DNA of 64,000 nt, taken from contig DATKIV010000013.1 in NCBI GenBank assembly GCA_035543935.1, positions 24,412-88,411 of the forward strand, given 5' to 3'. Shown here one piece after another: positions 45,894-54,607 of this stretch (position 1 is the first letter of the stretch; every line of letters begins with the position of its first letter). This DNA is from Allosphingosinicella sp. (lineage in GTDB: Bacteria; Pseudomonadota; Alphaproteobacteria; Sphingomonadales; Sphingomonadaceae). The notes beneath the pieces are model-generated. The model was not told the DNA's origin and searched no databases. It worked only from the letters and a program-made list of their open reading frames with translations. The translations under genes and the position numbers were made by a program.

Positions 45894-47296
45894 TCGACCG
45901 GCGGACGGCGCTCGCCGGTCTCGCCGCCGCGCCGCTGCTGATGGCGCAGGCGGCGCCGCGGCGCATCGAGGCCGTCCTCGGAATTCGCTACGGCCGCGCC
46001 GAGCGCTTTCGCGCGCCCGTGCCGGCTGCCGGCGAGCCGCTCGGCGCCTATGGCCCCTCCGCGCCGCAGGCCGGCAGCCCCGGCAGCGAGGACTGCCTGT
46101 TCCTCAATCTGTGGACGCCGGCGCGGGACGGCCGTCGCCGCCCGGTCATGGTCTACGTCCATGGCGGCGCCTATTCGGCCGGCGGCGCCAATCATCCCTG
46201 GCTCGACGGGCGGCACCTCGCGGCGCAGGGCGACGCCGTCGTGGTGACGGTCGGCCACCGGCTCAACGCCTTCGGCTATCTCTATCTCGCCCGGCTCGAC
46301 CCGCGCTTTCCCGACAGCGGCAATTGCGGCCAGCTCGATCTCATCCTCGCCTTGCAATGGGTGCGCGACAATATCGCGGCGTTCGGCGGCGATCCCGGCA
46401 AGGTCATGGTCCTCGGCCAGTCGGGCGGCGGCGCCAAGATCGCCACCTTGATGGGCACGCCCGCCGCCCACGGCCTCTTCCACCGCGCCGCGACGATGAG
46501 CGGGCAGCAGGTCACCGTCTCCGGCCCGCTTCACGCGACCGAGCGGGCGCGGGCCTATATGCGCGCCGTGGGCGGCCGCACCGTGGACGGTCTGCTCGCC
46601 ATGCCGGTCGCGCGGCTCGTCGAGGGGCTGGCGGCGGACGATCCCATCCTCCCGGGGCGGCTCTATTTCGGGCCGGTGCTCGACATGAAATGGCTGACGC
46701 GCCATCCCTTCTGGCCCGACGCGAATCCGCTTTCGCGGGGCATCCCCCTCATGCTCGGCAATACGAGGGACGAGACCCGAGCCTTCTTCCCTCCCGGCCA
46801 CCGCCTGCTGGCGGGGCTTTCATGGGACAACCTTGCCGAGCGGCTCGGCCCGGAACTGCGCGTCGACGCCCACCCCGAATGGGTGGTCGCCGAATATCGC
46901 CGGCTCTTTTCGGCCTACACACCGGAGCAGGTCTTCATCGCCGCGACCACCGCGGGCCGGAGCTGGCGCGCGCAAGTGATCGAGGCGGAGGAGCGCGCGC
47001 GGGCCGGCGTTCCCGCTTATGTCTACCAGCTCGATCATCCGGAGCCGGCACCGCACGGCGCCGACATCCCGCTCGTCTTCGCCACCTGGTCCGACCCCGC
47101 CTCGCGTCCGGTCAGCGAGGCGATGATGGCGGCGTTCCTGCGCTTCGCCCGCACCGGCAATCCCGGCTGGGCGCCCTATACGCTGCCGGCGCGCCGCACG
47201 ATGATCTTCGGCCGGACGCCGCATCTGGCGAACGATCCGCGCCGCGCCGAGCGCGAGCTCTTCGCCCGCATCCCCTATATTCAGCCGGGGACCTAG
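45878..47296 (+). CDS. Type-B carboxylesterase, Tat-like signal
   Basis: IDRRTAL; EDCLFLNLW, HGGAY, GQSGGG nucleophile, HGADIP; true start ATG 45878 (ORF track extension is kduD in another frame). Confidence 0.9.
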   Translation: MAGPLIDRRTALAGLAAAPLLMAQAAPRRIEAVLGIRYGRAERFRAPVPAAGEPLGAYGPSAPQAGSPGSEDCLFLNLWTPARDGRRRPVMVYVHGGAYSAGGANHPWLDGRHLAAQGDAVVVTVGHRLNAFGYLYLARLDPRFPDSGNCGQLDLILALQWVRDNIAAFGGDPGKVMVLGQSGGGAKIATLMGTPAAHGLFHRAATMSGQQVTVSGPLHATERARAYMRAVGGRTVDGLLAMPVARLVEGLAADDPILPGRLYFGPVLDMKWLTRHPFWPDANPLSRGIPLMLGNTRDETRAFFPPGHRLLAGLSWDNLAERLGPELRVDAHPEWVVAEYRRLFSAYTPEQVFIAATTAGRSWRAQVIEAEERARAGVPAYVYQLDHPEPAPHGADIPLVFATWSDPASRPVSEAMMAAFLRFARTGNPGWAPYTLPARRTMIFGRTPHLANDPRRAERELFARIPYIQPGT

Positions 47297-47315
47297 AGTC
47301 GGATTCGATCAAGCT

Positions 47316-47418
47316 GTTCCCCGGCGAAGGCCGGGGTCCAGGCCGGCGCTCGCCGGTCTCGGGCGCGATAATTTGGCGAAAGCCTTCGGCTCCTGGACCC
47401 CGGCCTTCGCCGGGGAAC
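47316..47418. repeat. Palindromic element with 27-bp perfect inverted repeats
   Basis: GTTCCCCGGCGAAGGCCGGGGTCCAGG ... CCTGGACCCCGGCCTTCGCCGGGGAAC between convergent genes. Confidence 0.88.
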
Positions 47419-47442
47419 GCTCCTGGATGATCGGGTTCGACT

Positions 47443-48786
47443 CTATCGCGCCATCTCGCGGCCGCGCGGGGTTTCCGGCTGCTGGATGTAGTCGTCGCGC
47501 TGGCCGGGATAGCGGCCGGACCTTGGCTCCATCGTGGCGAGGTCCCACTCGGCCTCGACGAAGGGCGCGCGGACCGGCTCGACCTGCGGATAGCCGCCGA
47601 CCTGGCGCTCGTCGTCGATGATCTCGCCGCGGCCCTCGGCGACGTCGAAGATCACGCGGATGTCGTGCGGGTCGCGGTCCCAGGGGCGGGCGCCGGCATG
47701 GCGCAGCACATGTGTCTCGACCTGGTTCGCCGGCAGGACCGGCAGGCCGGCCGGCCAGACCACCGGGCGTGCCACCTCGATGATCCGCGCCGGGCTGGTC
47801 GTGTAGCGGCCGAGCATCGGCACCGGCCGGCCCTGGCGGTCGACGGCGATATTGTCGCGGCCGTGATATCTGAGGTCGCCGACGCCGCCGATGGTGAGGA
47901 AGGCGATGTCGGGCCGGGTCGAGAAGCCGCCGCGAAGCACGTTGCCGACCGCCGAAAGCTCGCCGGGCTGGTGCGGGTGATCGCCCCATTCGAGGTCCAT
48001 GAGGTTGTAATGGACCGCCTGCGCGCCGGGATCGAAGATGAGGTTGTTCACGAGCGCCGCGTGGACGCCGCCCTTCAGCAGCGGCGAGCGCTCGTAATTG
48101 TGGGCGTAGATATTGCGATAGATGAGGATGCCGGTCGCATTGTCGTGGATCAGCGAGCCCTTGCTGTGCTCGCCCTTGGGGTGCGAGCCGTGCGCCAGGC
48201 CCTCGGCGAGGAGATTGTAGGAGAAGGTGATGTCGTGGCTGGCGCCGCGCCGCCAGTCCGCGACCGTGGCGCCGGCGAAGCGCGGGCCCGAGGCGGAGAG
48301 ATTCTCATCGAGCGCCCAGGTCAGCGTGCAATGGTCGACGATGACGTTCCACGCGCCGACGGTCGAGATGGCGTCGGCCTCCCAGCCGCTGCGCGGGCCT
48401 CGGCCGGAGACGCCGGTGCGCACCCTGATGTGGCGGACGACGACGTCGTGAGTGCGGATGTCGATGCCGCCGCGGATCAGGGTGATGCCGGGCGAGGGCG
48501 CGGTCTGGCCGCCGATGGTGAGGAAGGGCTCGGTGATATCGAGCGTGGTCAGCCCCATGTCGATCACGCCGGCGACCTCGAACACGACGATTCGGGGGCC
48601 GCGCGTCTCGACCGCGGCGCGGAAGGAGCCTGGGCCGCCGGGGTTGAGATTGGTGACGCGGATGATCGTGCCGCCGCGCCCGCCAACCGTCTGCGCCGCC
48701 CAGCCCTCCGCGCCCGGGAAAGCCTGCGCGAAAGCGGGCGCCGGCAGCAGCGCGAGGAGCAGAATCCAGAGACGGAACAGGCGCAT
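47443..48786 (-). CDS. Pectate lyase-like (PL1-type beta-helix)
   Basis: Signal peptide; AFPGAEGW..GGRGG..VTNL...GSFRAA, GQTAP, IVDHC, HNYERSP. Confidence 0.85.
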   Translation of the reverse strand: MRLFRLWILLLALLPAPAFAQAFPGAEGWAAQTVGGRGGTIIRVTNLNPGGPGSFRAAVETRGPRIVVFEVAGVIDMGLTTLDITEPFLTIGGQTAPSPGITLIRGGIDIRTHDVVVRHIRVRTGVSGRGPRSGWEADAISTVGAWNVIVDHCTLTWALDENLSASGPRFAGATVADWRRGASHDITFSYNLLAEGLAHGSHPKGEHSKGSLIHDNATGILIYRNIYAHNYERSPLLKGGVHAALVNNLIFDPGAQAVHYNLMDLEWGDHPHQPGELSAVGNVLRGGFSTRPDIAFLTIGGVGDLRYHGRDNIAVDRQGRPVPMLGRYTTSPARIIEVARPVVWPAGLPVLPANQVETHVLRHAGARPWDRDPHDIRVIFDVAEGRGEIIDDERQVGGYPQVEPVRAPFVEAEWDLATMEPRSGRYPGQRDDYIQQPETPRGREMAR

Positions 48787-48843
48787 GTCGATCCTCCCGG
48801 CGACCGGTCTTGACAGGAGCCCGCAACCGGATCAAAACCCTTA

Positions 48844-48857
48844 TGACACCGGTTACT
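48844..48857. promoter_or_regulatory. LacI-type operator 5
   Basis: TGACACCGGTTACT upstream of the lyase gene. Confidence 0.7.
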
Positions 48858-48989
48858 TCATTGGGAAACCGGAAAAGGCGACTGCGGCAAACGCGGCGAC
48901 AGGGAGAGGAGAAAGGGGCGGCCGTTCGAGGCCCCTTCGCATCTTATCCAAGGACGCACGACTTGCGCAGGCTTTTTTTGGGCCGGTAT

Positions 48990-49003
48990 AGACACCGGTG
49001 TCA
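48990..49003. promoter_or_regulatory. LacI-type operator 6
   Basis: AGACACCGGTGTCA (12-bp perfect palindrome core) upstream of the TonB receptor. Confidence 0.7.
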
Positions 49004-49050
49004 CAAGGGGGGAGCGCGTCATAGGCGCGCCGTGTTGGAAGGATCGGGAC

Positions 49051-52029
49051 ATGACTTCGAAGCTCGACATCGCGCCGCGCGCTCGCATCCTGGCCGGCCT
49101 GCTCGGCGCCGCCTCGTGGCTCGCCTTCGCCGGCTCCGCACATGCCGCCCAGGCCGCACAGCCCCAGGCCGTGCCGCCGCCGGAAGAGGTCGAGGCCGTT
49201 CCGCCCGAGGGCGACGACAATGAGGTCGTCGTCACCGGCTTCCGCGCCTCGCTGACCGCCGCCTTGAGCGCCAAGCGGCAGGACAATGGGATTGTCGATG
49301 TCATCGTCGCCGAGGATATCGCCGACTTCCCCGACCAGAACCTCGCCGAATCGCTGCAGCGCATCCCCGGCGTGTCGATCGACCGCGACGCCGGCGAGGG
49401 CCGCCAGATCACGGTGCGCGGCCTCGGCTCCGACTTCACCCGGGTGCGCCTCAACTATCTCGAGGCGCTGGCGACGACCGGCGGCACCGACAGCTCGGGC
49501 GGCGCCAATCGCAGCCGCGCCTTCGATTTCAACGTCTTCGCCTCCGAGCTGTTCAGCCGGCTGACAGTTCGCAAGAGCGCGTCGGCGGAAGTGGACGAGG
49601 GCTCGCTCGGCGCCACCGTCGACCTGCTCACCGGCCGCCCGTTCGACTATAGCGGCTTCGTCATGTCGGCGAGCGGCCAGATGGGCTATAACGACCTCGC
49701 CCGCGGCTGGGACCCGCGCTTCGCTTTCCTCGTCTCCAACACCATGCTGGACGGCAAGCTCGGCATTCTCGCCTCGGTCGCCTACGGCCGGCGCGGCCTG
49801 CTCGAAGAGGGGTTCAGCTCGGTGCGCTGGGACGGCGGCAACAGCGTCGGCGGCTTCTGCTCGCCGGTCGGCCACGTGCCGCTCAACCCGACCGGCGGCG
49901 GCGCCAATTGCGGCGCCAATCCCAACATTCCGGGCTTCACGCCGGGCCCGCGCCTGCCCAACACGCCGGGCAACCAGGCCGAATATGACGAAGCCTCGCT
50001 GGCGACCAACGTCCATCCCCGCCTGCCGCGCTACGGCCGGCTGACCCACGAGCAGGAGCGGCTCGGCGTCACCGTCGCGCTCCAGGCGCGGCCCTGGGAA
50101 GGCGCTTTGTTCACCGCCGACGTGCTCCACGCCCGCCTGCAGGCGACAAGGCAGGAGGATTTCCTCGAGGCGATCTCGTTCAGCCGCACCGCCGCCCAGG
50201 GCGGCAAGCCGCAGACCAGCGTCGTCCAGGCCGAATATGACGCCAACGGCAACCTCCTCTACGGCGTCTTCAACGGCGTCGACATCCGCTCCGAATCGCG
50301 CTTCGACCAGCTCGACACCAAATTCTGGCAATATCAGCTCCAGTGGGACCAGCAGGTCACCGACCGGCTGCGCTTCTCCTGGCTCGCCGGCCGCTCCACC
50401 TCGTCGTTCCGCAATCCCTTCCAGACCACGACGACGCTCGATGCGCCCAACGTCAACGGCTATTCGATCGACTTCCGCAACAGCCGCGGCCAGCCGACCA
50501 TCATCTATCCCTTCGACGTCGCCAGCGCCGGCCCCGGCGGCTGGCAGATCATCGGCACGCCGCCGGGCGTCACGCCCGCCAACATCACGCCGTCGGAGAT
50601 CCGCATCCGGCCGCAGGGCGCGGACAACCGCTTCACCACCTTCCGCGGCGATATCGTCTGGGACGTCATCCCCGACCGGATCGCGCTCAAGGCGGGCGGC
50701 TTCTACCGCGAATATGATTTCAGCACGTTCGAGTTCCGGCGCGTCAACCAGACCGACTCGATCCTCGCTCTGCCTGCCGGCACGCCGCTGTCCGCGGTCA
50801 CCACCACGCTCACCGGCTTCAACAGCGGCGGCGGCGTGTCGAGCTGGCTGATCCCGGACCTCAACGCGATCGCCAATCTCTACAACATCTATTGCAACTG
50901 CCTCCAGTCCGGCAATGCCGGCGGGCCCGGCGACTTCACCTTGTCGAGCACCACCAACGGCAATGCCCGCGGCAACAACCGCCAGGTGCGGGAAGAGGAT
51001 GTCGGCGCCTACGCGCAGTTCGATTTCCGGACCGAACTGTTCGGCCGGCCGCTGCGCGGCAATATCGGCCTGCGCTACGTCCGGACCGACCTCAGGGCGG
51101 CGGGCTATCAGGCGCTCGGCGGCGGCACGCTGACCGTGGTCAACCGCTCCTATGACGATTGGCTGCCGTCGGCGAACCTCGCCCTCGACGTCACCAGCAA
51201 TTTCGTCGTCCGCCTCGCCGCCGCCCGGGTGATGGCGCGGCCGCAGCTCGGCAATCTGTCCCCCGGCGGCTCGATCAACACCACCGGCCAGCTCACCATC
51301 ACCACCGGCAATCCGCTGCTCGATCCGTTCCGCGCGACCACGGTGGATGCGAGCTTCGAATGGTATTTCGCGCCGGAATCGCTGATCGCGGTCGGCTTCT
51401 TCTACAAGGATATCGGCACCTTCATCCAGAGTCTGCGGACCGAAATCGCCTTCAACCAGACCGGCCTCCCGTTGAGCCTGCTGCCGGCCAATTTCACCGG
51501 CAACGAGCTGTTCCTGGTGACCGCGCCGGTCAACACCGAGGGCGGCCCGCTCAAGGGCTTCGAGATCACCTACCAGCAGCCGTTCCGCTTCCTGCCGGGG
51601 CCGCTGCGCAATCTTGGCGCGATCCTCAATTTCACCTATGTCGAATCGAAGATCGCCTACGTCACCTCGGCGACCAACACGACGCCGATCCGCGACGACC
51701 TCGTCAACCTGTCGCCCAGGAGCTGGAACGCGACGCTTTATTATGACGACGGCCGGTTCAGCATCCGCGGCTCGGTCTCCTACCGCAGCGACTATCTCCA
51801 GCGGGTGCCGGCGCAGAACGTCGCCAACGACGTCGAGGGCAAGAATTCGACGCTCAACGTCGATGCCTCGGCCTCCTTCCAGGTCAACGATTTCCTGACG
51901 CTGACCGCCGAGGCGATCAACCTCACCGACGAATATAACGACCAGTTCGTCGACCGCGACCGCAACAGCCCGTCGGTCGTCCACCATACGGGGCGCCAAT
52001 TCTACCTCGGTGCCCGCGTCCGTTTCTAG
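49051..52029 (+). CDS. TonB-dependent receptor (probable oligogalacturonide uptake)
   Basis: EVVVTGFR TonB box, DFPDQNLAESLQRIPGV plug, C-terminal GRQFYLGARVRF. Confidence 0.96.
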   Translation: MTSKLDIAPRARILAGLLGAASWLAFAGSAHAAQAAQPQAVPPPEEVEAVPPEGDDNEVVVTGFRASLTAALSAKRQDNGIVDVIVAEDIADFPDQNLAESLQRIPGVSIDRDAGEGRQITVRGLGSDFTRVRLNYLEALATTGGTDSSGGANRSRAFDFNVFASELFSRLTVRKSASAEVDEGSLGATVDLLTGRPFDYSGFVMSASGQMGYNDLARGWDPRFAFLVSNTMLDGKLGILASVAYGRRGLLEEGFSSVRWDGGNSVGGFCSPVGHVPLNPTGGGANCGANPNIPGFTPGPRLPNTPGNQAEYDEASLATNVHPRLPRYGRLTHEQERLGVTVALQARPWEGALFTADVLHARLQATRQEDFLEAISFSRTAAQGGKPQTSVVQAEYDANGNLLYGVFNGVDIRSESRFDQLDTKFWQYQLQWDQQVTDRLRFSWLAGRSTSSFRNPFQTTTTLDAPNVNGYSIDFRNSRGQPTIIYPFDVASAGPGGWQIIGTPPGVTPANITPSEIRIRPQGADNRFTTFRGDIVWDVIPDRIALKAGGFYREYDFSTFEFRRVNQTDSILALPAGTPLSAVTTTLTGFNSGGGVSSWLIPDLNAIANLYNIYCNCLQSGNAGGPGDFTLSSTTNGNARGNNRQVREEDVGAYAQFDFRTELFGRPLRGNIGLRYVRTDLRAAGYQALGGGTLTVVNRSYDDWLPSANLALDVTSNFVVRLAAARVMARPQLGNLSPGGSINTTGQLTITTGNPLLDPFRATTVDASFEWYFAPESLIAVGFFYKDIGTFIQSLRTEIAFNQTGLPLSLLPANFTGNELFLVTAPVNTEGGPLKGFEITYQQPFRFLPGPLRNLGAILNFTYVESKIAYVTSATNTTPIRDDLVNLSPRSWNATLYYDDGRFSIRGSVSYRSDYLQRVPAQNVANDVEGKNSTLNVDASASFQVNDFLTLTAEAINLTDEYNDQFVDRDRNSPSVVHHTGRQFYLGARVRF

Positions 52030-52057
52030 GCGAGAGGCAGTCCGATCGAAACTGAAT

Positions 52058-52137
52058 CGTCATTCCAGCGAAAGCTGGAATCTCACTTCTTCAACGTGCT
52101 GAAAGGAAAAGAGATTCCAGCTTTCGCTGGAATGACG
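52058..52137. repeat. CGTC-tagged palindromic doublet (family A) overlapping the start of the next gene
   Basis: CGTCATTCCAGCGAAAGCTGGAATC ... GATTCCAGCTTTCGCTGGAATGACG. Confidence 0.9.
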
Positions 52138-53454
52138 GGCGCATCATTTGCGACGCTGATCCTGCTTGCCGCCCCGGCGATGGCGCAGACGCTCGCTTTT
52201 CCCGGCGCGGAAGGGGCGGGGCGCTTCGCGGCGGGCGGGCGCGGCGGCGCGGTGCTCCGCGTCACCAATCTCGCCGACAGCGGTCCAGGCAGCCTGCGCG
52301 CGGCGGTCGCGGCGCGCGGGCCGCGCACGATAATCTTCGACGTCGCCGGCACGATCCGGCTCGCCTCCGATCTCGTCATCAGCGAGCCGCGAGTCACCAT
52401 CGCCGGCCAGAGCGCGCCGGGCGGCGGCATCGCGATCGCCGACCAGGCTTTGGTCGTCCGCGCCGACGACGTCATCATCCGCCACATCCGCGCCAGGCGC
52501 GGCGACCGCCTGCCCGGCGACGGCGATTCGATCTGGATCGAGCGCGGCCGGCGAATCATCCTCGACCATGTCTCGGCGAGCTGGTCGATCGACGAGACCT
52601 TGTCGGCCTCGGCGCGCTACGGCGACGGCAGCGGCTTTTACGACCTCAGCGTGCAATGGTCGATCATCGCCGAATCGCTTCGCCGCTCGCACCACGACAA
52701 GGGCGACCACGGTTTTGGCAGCCTGATCCGCGGCGGCCGCGGCGCGCGGATCAGCTTCCACCACAATTTGTGGGCCCACCATGTCGCGCGCATGCCGAGG
52801 CCCGGCAATTACGAGGGTCCGGAGCGCGACCCCGAGGGGCCTTTGATGGAGTTCCGCTCCAACCTCTTCTACAATTGGGGGCGCGGCTTTGCGGGCTATA
52901 ATGAGGATGAGGCGACGCTGATCCGCTATAATTTCATCGACAATGCCTATGTCGCCGGCCCGGACAGCGAAGGCGCGATCGCCTTCCGCGAGCGCAACGC
53001 TCTGGCCCGGGCCTGGTTCGCGGGCAACAGCATGAACGGCGTGATCCCCGCCGATCCCTGGTCGTTGGTCACCGGCGCTGTTCCGGAAGGCTACCGGCTG
53101 GCCGGGCCAGTCGCGGTGGCGCCGGTCGCCGCCGATCCGGCGCCTTCCGCCATGGCGCATGTGCTCGACCGCGCCGGCGCCTGGCCGCGCGACGCCGCCG
53201 ATGCGCGCGTGATCGACGGCGTCCGCTCCCGCTCGGGCCGCCATATCGACAGCCAGGAGGCGGTCGGCGGCTGGCCGGCGCTGGCGGCGGGCGCACCCGA
53301 GCCGGACCGCGACGGCGACGGCATGCCCGATGCCTGGGAACGCACGCACGGCTTCGATCCCGCCCGCCCCGACGGCGATGGCGACCGCGACGGCGACGGC
53401 ATGACCAATCTCGAAGACTGGCTCGCCGAGCGGGCGGCTTCGGTGTCGCGATGA
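52132..53454 (+). CDS. Pectate lyase-like (PL1-type) with C-terminal DxDxDG Ca-binding repeats
   Basis: AFPGAEGAG..GGRGG..VTNLADSGPGSLRAA, GQSAPG, ILDHVS, HNLWAH..RMP, DRDGDGMPDAWE; start ATG 52132 or GTG 52096, both inside the repeat. Confidence 0.85.
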   Translation: MTGASFATLILLAAPAMAQTLAFPGAEGAGRFAAGGRGGAVLRVTNLADSGPGSLRAAVAARGPRTIIFDVAGTIRLASDLVISEPRVTIAGQSAPGGGIAIADQALVVRADDVIIRHIRARRGDRLPGDGDSIWIERGRRIILDHVSASWSIDETLSASARYGDGSGFYDLSVQWSIIAESLRRSHHDKGDHGFGSLIRGGRGARISFHHNLWAHHVARMPRPGNYEGPERDPEGPLMEFRSNLFYNWGRGFAGYNEDEATLIRYNFIDNAYVAGPDSEGAIAFRERNALARAWFAGNSMNGVIPADPWSLVTGAVPEGYRLAGPVAVAPVAADPAPSAMAHVLDRAGAWPRDAADARVIDGVRSRSGRHIDSQEAVGGWPALAAGAPEPDRDGDGMPDAWERTHGFDPARPDGDGDRDGDGMTNLEDWLAERAASVSR

Positions 53455-54377
53455 GGGTCGGCCGGCGCGATTTGCTGCTCGGCACCCTCGCCGCGGGCCT
53501 CGCCGGACGCGCGGCCGCGCAAGCGCCGGTCCCGTCGGCGCCCGACGCCGAGATCGACCTGTGGCCGGATGGCGCGCCGGGCATGCCCGCGACAAGGCCG
53601 CCCGAGGCGGTGCGCGAGCGCAGCACCGATCCCGGCTATAACGACCGCATCCTGACCGACATCGCCCGCCCGCGCCTCGCAATCTTCCGGCCCGCGCGTC
53701 CCAATGGCGCGGCGGTGCTGATCATGCCCGGCGGCGGCTATAGCTGGGTGGTGATCGACAAGGAGGGCCACGAGATGGCCCGCTTGCTCGCAGCGCGCGG
53801 CATCACCGCCTTCGTCCTCTTCTACCGGCTGCCGCATCAGGGCTGGGCGGCCGGGCCGGACGTGCCGCTCGCCGACGCCCGGAGGGCGATGGCGCTGATC
53901 CGCGCCGCCCGGGGGGTCGATCCGCGCCGGGTCTGCGCGATGGGCTTCTCGGCCGGCGGCCATGTCTGCGCGAGCCTGCTCGCCCGCTTCGGCGATCCGG
54001 CGGTGCGGCCGGACGCCGCCGCGCTCATCTACCCGGTCGTCTCGATGAGCGCGCCTTACGCCCATGCCGGATCGCGCCGCAATCTGATCGGCGAGCGGGC
54101 CACGCCGGAGATGGAGCGCACTTATTCGCCGCATCTCCACATTCCCACCGATGCGCCGCCGACCTTCCTGCTCCATGCCGAGGACGACGCCTCGGTCCCG
54201 GTCGCCAACACCCTGCTGATGCGCGACGCCCTGCGCGCGCGCGGCATCCCGACCGAGACGCATCTTTTTCCCGATGGCGGCCACGGCTTCGGCCTGCGGC
54301 TGGCGCGCGGCAGATCGGTCGAGCATTGGCCCGATCTGTTCCTGGCCTGGGGCCGCACAAGGAGGCTTTGGCCATGA
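53451..54377 (+). CDS. Alpha/beta hydrolase (acetyl esterase-like), Tat-like signal
   Basis: GRRDLLLG; PGGGY, GFSAGGH, HAEDD, GGHGFG. Confidence 0.88.
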   Translation: MRVGRRDLLLGTLAAGLAGRAAAQAPVPSAPDAEIDLWPDGAPGMPATRPPEAVRERSTDPGYNDRILTDIARPRLAIFRPARPNGAAVLIMPGGGYSWVVIDKEGHEMARLLAARGITAFVLFYRLPHQGWAAGPDVPLADARRAMALIRAARGVDPRRVCAMGFSAGGHVCASLLARFGDPAVRPDAAALIYPVVSMSAPYAHAGSRRNLIGERATPEMERTYSPHLHIPTDAPPTFLLHAEDDASVPVANTLLMRDALRARGIPTETHLFPDGGHGFGLRLARGRSVEHWPDLFLAWGRTRRLWP

Positions 54378-54401
54378 TCCCGTCGCGACGTGGCTCAAGT
54401 C

Positions 54402-54600
54402 ATTCCCCCCCGGAACGGGGAGGGTGTTGGAGCTTTGGATTGCCCCCGGCAATCCAAGATCGTGTCCGGGGGACACGATCTCGCTCCAACACATGCGAAG
54501 CATGGTGGAGGGGTCGGGGAGCCTCGATGCTCGCTGGCGCTCGCGACCCCTCCACCACGCCGCTTCGCGACGCGGTCCCCCTCCCCGTTCCGGGGAGGAT
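54402..54600. repeat. Multi-hairpin palindromic element
   Basis: Stems 54410-24/54579-93, 54425-32/54484-91, 54435-44/54448-57, 54458-67/54471-80, 54503-16/54544-57. Confidence 0.75.
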
Positions 54601-54607
54601 CTTTTCT

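Noticed and set aside
45131-47296. 721-aa ORF suggesting a kduD-esterase fusion or frameshift
   Set aside because: The upstream part is kduD read in another frame; the esterase has its own ATG and Tat-like signal at 45878.
54326-54607. N-terminal extension of the PL10 lyase
   Set aside because: Runs through the hairpin element; a clean signal peptide starts at ATG 54608.
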